NCBI RefSeq assembly: GCF_009914755.1
Contig: NC_060939.1
Reading direction: 5' to 3' (one strand)
From: the human T2T-CHM13v2.0 reference genome, Homo sapiens
Length of the DNA stretch: 64,000 bases
Positions within the stretch are counted from its first letter, which is position 1; every line of letters begins with the position of its first letter. Of this stretch, positions 55,695 through 64,000 are shown piece after piece. The translations under genes were made by a program, and so were the position numbers. The notes beneath the pieces were generated by a model. The model had not been told where the DNA came from, ran no database searches, and worked only from the letters and a program-made list of their open reading frames with translations.

Positions 55695-55990
55695 TTTTGA
55701 GATGGATTCTCACTCTGTAGCCCAAGCTGGAGTGCAGTGGTGCGATCTTGGCTCACTGCAACCTCTGCCTCCCAGGCTGAAGTGATTCTTGTGCCTCAGC
55801 TTCCCGTGTAGCTGGGACTACAGGCATGCACCACCACACCCAGCTAATTTTTGTATTTTTTTTTTTTTTTAGTAGAGATGGGGTTTCACCATGTTGACCA
55901 GGGTGGTCTTGAACTCCTGAGCTCAGGTGATCCACCTACCTCGGCCTCCCAAAGTGTTGCAATTACAGGTGTGAGCCACTGTGCCTGGCC
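55695..55990 (-). mobile_element. AluS
   Basis: Full dimer; cctcaacttt TSD-like flanks. Confidence 0.85.
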
Positions 55991-57896
55991 TCAACTTTTG
56001 ATTATTAAATTTGTGGAAGAATTTCAATTATCTTTAACAATTAACTTTTCTATGGACTCTTTGATTGAAATATATGTTAATAGTTTAAGGTTAAGCTTAC
56101 ACTAACAGGAAGAATTTTCCTAAATCTTAAGAATTATGTTGCAAATCATGCTTATACTGCCCCCTGCAGTTTCTCTCACCTTGAATAATTGTGATTCATT
56201 ACCTTAAAACAGGATAGGTTTTCAGATGGACTTCAGTTGGGGAAGTATTGTAATAGCTTGGGTCAATGGAAAGATGTAAGAAGATTGGATTCTAATATTT
56301 GCCGTACTTAGAGAAATATAAGTAGCAGTATTGAGTCCTTTCAGAATACTGAAAAGTGCTGAGAAAAATTCTGGAGAGCCTTATTAATAATGCATTATGT
56401 TTAATTTGAGAATAAACACTTATCTTAGTTTTGGTCAGTCTATTCAGTTAAGTCATGTCTGGATTATTGAACAGATGCAAACAGTCATTGTTCTTTTCTC
56501 TTTAGACTTTGGGATATACTTTTTGATTTAAAAAATGATGTTCTTGCCACTGAGCTTAAGGAAACAATACATAAACATATTTTTAAAACTTGCCCGTTAT
56601 ATTATTACTTAGGCAGATATTGAAATTGATATGAATTCCTTAAATAGTAATTGTGGATTGAAATGACTGAAATGTTTTAATGGTCTTTATTGCCTAGAAA
56701 GAGTATCTGGCCGTATATTTTAAAAATGTGATAATTTGTATTTTCCCAAATATTGAAAAGTATACTGATCTTAACTCCATGCAGTGGAGGAGGAAGAGAC
56801 AAGGCAAAAGAAATGTGTGTGTGTGTGTGTGTGTGTATAGTAGTGTGTTCCACACACACTAAAGGGAACTATGCAGACATATCATTTTTTAGCTTTTCTT
56901 AGAGACTGATAATTTTGTGTGGTTTTATTTTTCTTTACCACCACTACAGACAAGTGATGTCATCTTAAGACTGTCACTTCTGGACAACAGAATGAGGTGT
57001 TTTCTTCATTTAAGTAAAGGAGGGGCAGGTGCAAAAGTTCCTATCTATTAAATTGACCACCTTCTCCCTTTAGAATTTTGGGAGGGAAGGTGGCTGCTTC
57101 TGTATGAGAGGTTTTCTGCAGTGTGGAAATGCAAATGATATTACTCCAAAGTATATTTTGTTTATCTTCAAAATGTAGGGAAGGAAATGGAAAGGTCAGT
57201 TTATAGATCATATTTTAATGATTTATTGGTAAGTTGATTCATTCCTGTTGTTTCATATAGCTTTTTTGAGATTATCTTAATAACTGATGAGAAAGTGAAT
57301 TCTGTTCACTGGATGGTACAACTCTGGTTTCACTCACAGCAGAGAAGATTAATATTGTGAAAGAATTTGGTCTTCATATTTGGGACTATACATTTGAATG
57401 CCAGTTGCTTTTTTGGCTGCTTTTGAAATAGTTTTGGATCAAGTAGTGACAGTGGATTTAAGATTCCAGACCATAATTTTGCATATTTCACATGGTAAAA
57501 CTTCTAATGTGAATTTCTTTTTTGAGAAAATTGGATATAGAACTGGGTGAGTCATGATGCCACCATTTTCTTAGGATTGTTTCTGAAGTAGAAAGTGTTT
57601 CATGGATTCTGATAGAAAATGAACTATTTATAAAATACTGCCTGAAGCTCCTTTTGCACAATGGTGTTTTTCTTAAAAAGTACAAAGACCTGGTTTAAAA
57701 AAGTCTAATGAGTAATAATAGGTGAAATATGAATGACAGACTTTTGGAAGGTAATTTATAATCTTTTGTGAGAAAACTGATGAATTTCGCAGAGGTTTTG
57801 AAGATCTTGTTGTAACCTTTGAGAAATTTTGGTTAATTCATTCTGAAAACTGATTATTTTGGTAGGTAGAATACCGTGTATTAAGAATAGTGATGG

Positions 57897-59005
<1,109 letters not shown>

Positions 59006-61254
59006 TAGTTTATTGTGAGGGGACCCCAGCGCAGGCCTCTTGCGCAGCTGCAGGAATAGGCCATATTCTCTTCCCTGGGCTTTATACTTCTGGCTGGAAT
59101 TGTCTGTGTGCCTCAGGGGGATAGAAGAAACTTCTAAGGCCTGCCAGTCCTTGAAATGCCTAGTGGTCATGGAGATGGTGTGGCTTCCTGATGGCATATG
59201 GGCATACCTAGGATGGAAGGGGACATTGGAAAGAGCTGATACATTTCCCTTTTCCCTCACCAAACTTATAACAAGTTTTCTTGTGAGCAGATGCTTAACC
59301 ACACCCTGCTCCCTACCCTACTTCAGTCATTTGGTTTTTATTGCAAAAAAGGAGGGGCATCTACTTTAAGGTCGTTTCTGTGATTTGGGAAGTTTAAAAT
59401 TATTTAAATAAACGAGCATCTCGTTTCCTGTACATTTTTATTTTTGTAGAAATTATGTTTTCATAAGCAGAGTGGTCCCTTGCTCTTTCCCCAGCACCCC
59501 CTGCCCCCCAGTACAGCTGACCACACTGGAAAGACAGCTTGATGCATTTAGCTCACATTTATGTAAGTGCTCATTAACTATAATGTGGCTGGTGAGTCTA
59601 ATTTTAGACCTACCACCCTTGAAAATCTCATTTTTCTCTTCCATTGATAATATATTTTATTCTCTGTAAGGGGAGTGGGATGTGTTTCTACGTATGTAAA
59701 GTAGAAGATTTACCTTTTTTCTTTTGTAGTACTTACAATGTTTTCATTGCATGAAATTTGAGTTTTGACCTTAGGTGCTCTTTTTTCCTTTTTTTTTTCT
59801 TAACTTGGTATTATTGATGATTTCAAAGACCCTATTTTGCCTGTCTGTTTAGCAGTATTCCCAGCGGTGCTTCAGTATTTCTGTGTATTCCAGCTGTTTA
59901 TGGAGTCTTTATGTTTCTCTGCATTTTTTATTTTTTGAGGTGTACACACACAGTTATGCTTCATGGAGTTGCATCCAACCAAGTATCCATGTTCTTCTTG
60001 TGAAGAGGCAGAGAAAATCACCTCTCCCAAGAATTTCCACCTTCTGAACAAGGGAAATGTATCCTGAAGAGCTGTACGTAGATGGGAGGCAACTTGTTTG
60101 CTTGTTCTGCTGCTGGAGCATTGATTTAATTAGAAGACAGGCTGTGGGTGGCCATCTGCAGACAAAGAAGCACCAGACAGAGCCCGTTTAGCCTGGGTCA
60201 GTAAGAGTAAGTTACACTCTTTTTAAAACACTTTTTTGAGTACTGATGCTGATTCTTGCCTTCAGTACTAAGGGGCAACTTGTAACTTACTGTTTGTGTT
60301 TACACATAGATACATCTGTTCTTTTTCTGAGACCCTGGAAATGACACATGCTCTCTAGCACAAAGTACCTGCGCAATGGAAAAGCAGTGATTTCTTCCCC
60401 AACCACCTTTTTTTTTTTTAAGAATAAAAAGAAAATGGAATCAATGATTACATTCTAGATTAATTTTACACTGTAGCAAACCCGGTGTTAGCGTTTGACC
60501 AAGTCAAAACACTTAAGTATAGAGCTTGTCATGCTTTTACTTTGTAGTAATGGGAACATGAGAAACGATTTTAGCCTTTTCCAGCCATTTCTTGATAAGG
60601 TATGTGGGTCTCATCAGATACATTCATCCAGGCCGAACCTAGTAGAAGAGAGGGTCCAAGATCAGACCTAGCAGTTCCTGAGGAGCATGGAACTCTATAT
60701 GTGTGCCCTTGTTTTTCTCTGGGAGTTGTTACTCTCAAAAATATACTTCATTTTGGAAATCAGTTTTGAGCTACCTAAAGCCACATATGGTAGTGTGGTG
60801 GAGTTAGTGGAAATCCTGTGTTGTTGACTATGTGGAAGCCATTTAGACTTTTGGATTTTTGAGTATGAAATGTCTTCTAGTCCTATATTAATAGGGATAT
60901 TACACAAAAGGGATTTAATTAGATTCATTGGTCCTAGGATTTATAGTGTTGTGATTTTTGAATCTGTGTGTGTGTGTGTGTGTATATTTGTGTTTGTTTG
61001 GATCTGTATCATTTGTGGCATCAGGTTTATACCTTAGCATCTACTGTTTTGGTTTGTTTTGCTCTTGGTAATGAAGGAAGTAGGCTAAAAAGATTTTTCT
61101 ATGTTTGGAAAATCACAGGCTGGTATGATGGTGTTTAATTTCAAAGACTACCTTTTGATTTTAAGTTTTTTTCCATCTCTCAAACCCACCCCTTTATTCA
61201 GAATCTGGAAAAGAATGAGGAAGAAACTTAAGTTACATAATTTTTAAGATTCTC

Positions 61255-61634
<380 letters not shown>

Positions 61635-62214
61635 TTAGAATAATGAAGGATTGTACCTCACTATAGAAATCAGCTTAAAGTTGAATCTTAGACATACCAA
61701 TTGACAAAAGTTCTTTGGCCATTCCCATTGCCAGGCAGTTTTTACAGGCAGTCATTCTCACTCAGGGTCCAGCCTCCTGCATGGTGTACACATTTCCTGA
61801 CAGCTCATGACACGCATGTACTGTAACACAGGACATCAACACTATAACACATTCATAGTGGGGAATTTATTTTAATGTTTCCTTTTTCTGGAGTATGTGC
61901 AAATGTAAGCATATTTTCTAGTGGGTTGGAAGTCTTTTTATTAAAAAAACCTTAGTAGAGGACTTAAAAGTTACTAGTATCCCTCTTTCCTCTCCAGTTC
62001 TGACCATGTCATTTGATAAAAGGATGGTTTAAATTATTATAATTCCATGGTCTGTTAGGTTCTTCTTGAGTGATATTTCCATATTATTGTCAATATGGTT
62101 AAAAGGTATAATTATTTAGGTTGAAGGGAAGTAGAAGTAGATGTATACAACAGATGGTAGCCTCTAGCTGAGATCCCAAGGAGAATATTCTGTTACTGGG
62201 AAAGGGTGATTATG

Positions 62215-62828
<614 letters not shown>

Positions 62829-63080
62829 TAAGTTCAAAGTAGAAACTTTTCATTGTCACCATTGTCCGTGAATGTAGTGATCTAAAAATTCTCTTTATCA
62901 TTGTGCTTTAAATAGTGATTTAGTTTTGATCTTTAAATGTCAATAGACTATTGATACTTTGATCTTTAAATATCAAATATGTATAGATGTGTGAATATTG
63001 GAAAGAAAACATGAATAGTCACTTTTACAGTTCGGGTTTTTGTCTTAAAATTTTGTTGTAATTTCTCTTCCTAATCTTAG

Positions 63081-63203
63081 ATCTGCTTGAGAAGATGGTG
63101 CCTGTGTCAGTGCGGCAGTCTTTGGCTGCCTGTGATCAGAGGAAAGCCGATTTGTTAACAGATCAATTGCTCAGATGAGAGAAGCCACCACTTTGGCAAA
63201 TGG
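63081..63203 (+). pseudogene. PDCD6IP (ALIX) duplicated exon, frameshifted (PDCD6IPP-type pseudogene)
   Basis: cttag|(D)LLEKMVPVSVRQSLAACDQRKADL-(1-bp deletion near 63154)-VNRSIAQMREATTLANG|gtagg; parent is DLFEKMVPVSVQQSLAAYNQRKADLVNRSIAQMREATTLANG. Confidence 0.92.
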
Positions 63204-63659
63204 GTAGGTAGAGCTTAATTTTAGAGCCTAAAGTTTTCCGTTTGGTTGTTCTTTAGTTTATGAACATTTTAGTTTCTGAGCTTAGAGCTAAATGCCAAGA
63301 GTATATAAAATGGAAAATGTAGACACACACTTACAACTATTTTTGGTGGACACTGTATTTATGAAGCTGTAGCAAATATAGTTGGAAGAAATTATAGAAA
63401 CAAGGTGAGGATATTTGACTAAAAATTTGTATTTTAAGAGATATTTATTTGGGGGAAATGAGAAGTAGAAATGAACTCAGATACATGGTACGTTTAGTGT
63501 TCTGAACCAATTTTTGTTTCTGATGGATTGAATACTAAGAAAATAATTCATTGGTTTAAAAAAATTTTAGGTATATTTTGCACACACGAAATACACCTAT
63601 TCTAAGTACACAGTTCAATTATTATATGTATATATGTGTGTATGTGTGTGTATATATAT

Positions 63660-63996
63660 ATTTTTTTGTTTGTTTTGTTTTGTTTTTTGGGACAGGGTCT
63701 TACTGTCACCAGGCTGGAGTGCAGTGGTGTAAACATTAAACATGGCTCACTGCAGTCTCAACCTTCTGGGCTCAGGTGATCCTCCTGCCTCAGCCTCCTG
63801 TGTAGCTGAGGCCACAGGTGCAAGCCACCGCACCTGGCTAATTTTTTCATTTTTTTATAGAGATGAGATCTCGCTTTGTTGCCCAGGCTGGTCTTGAACT
63901 CCTGGGCTCCTGGTCTTGAACTCCTGGGCTCAAGTGATCCTCTTGCCTTGACCTCCCAAAGTGCTGGGATTACAGGCATGAGCCACCATGCCTGGC
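63660..63996 (-). mobile_element. AluJ-like with 22-bp tandem duplication
   Basis: ctggtcttgaactcctgggctc twice at ~63888-63931. Confidence 0.85.
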
Positions 63997-64000
63997 TATT

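Overview
Human (primate) genomic DNA, a mosaic segmental-duplication block. Gene order matches my recollection of the 15q11-q13 WHAMMP - DEXI pseudogene - PDCD6IPP arrangement; WHAMMP2 at 15q13.1 is most likely, but I cannot resolve the exact paralogue from sequence alone. There is no intact multi-exon gene. Contents: (1) an unprocessed WHAMM pseudogene, exons 1-8 (419-17693, +), with a CpG island, frameshifts and stops, and no proline-rich/WH2 exons; (2) a 5'-truncated processed ZFYVE9/SARA copy (~25880-27186, -) interrupted by an AluY and a 48-bp hairpin-containing insertion; (3) an unidentified cluster of exon-like pieces with an old internal duplication (37.6-40 kb, -); (4) a tandem array of head-to-head Alu units (44.8-47.2 kb) carrying strongly strand-asymmetric A>G changes in ADAR-like contexts, the most unusual signal here and possibly a retrotransposed fossil of A-to-I hyper-edited RNA; (5) two consecutive TASP1 exons (50326-50393, 53640-53708) with a DEXI retrocopy bearing an intact 94-aa ORF inserted between them; (6) one frameshifted PDCD6IP/ALIX exon (63081-63203). 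The rest is Alu, L1, MIR, MaLR and ERV LTR repeats, including a young AluYd8 and a MER9 solo LTR with a target-site duplication (TSD). Parent-gene identifications come from recalled protein sequences and should be confirmed by alignment; repeat coordinates are approximate.
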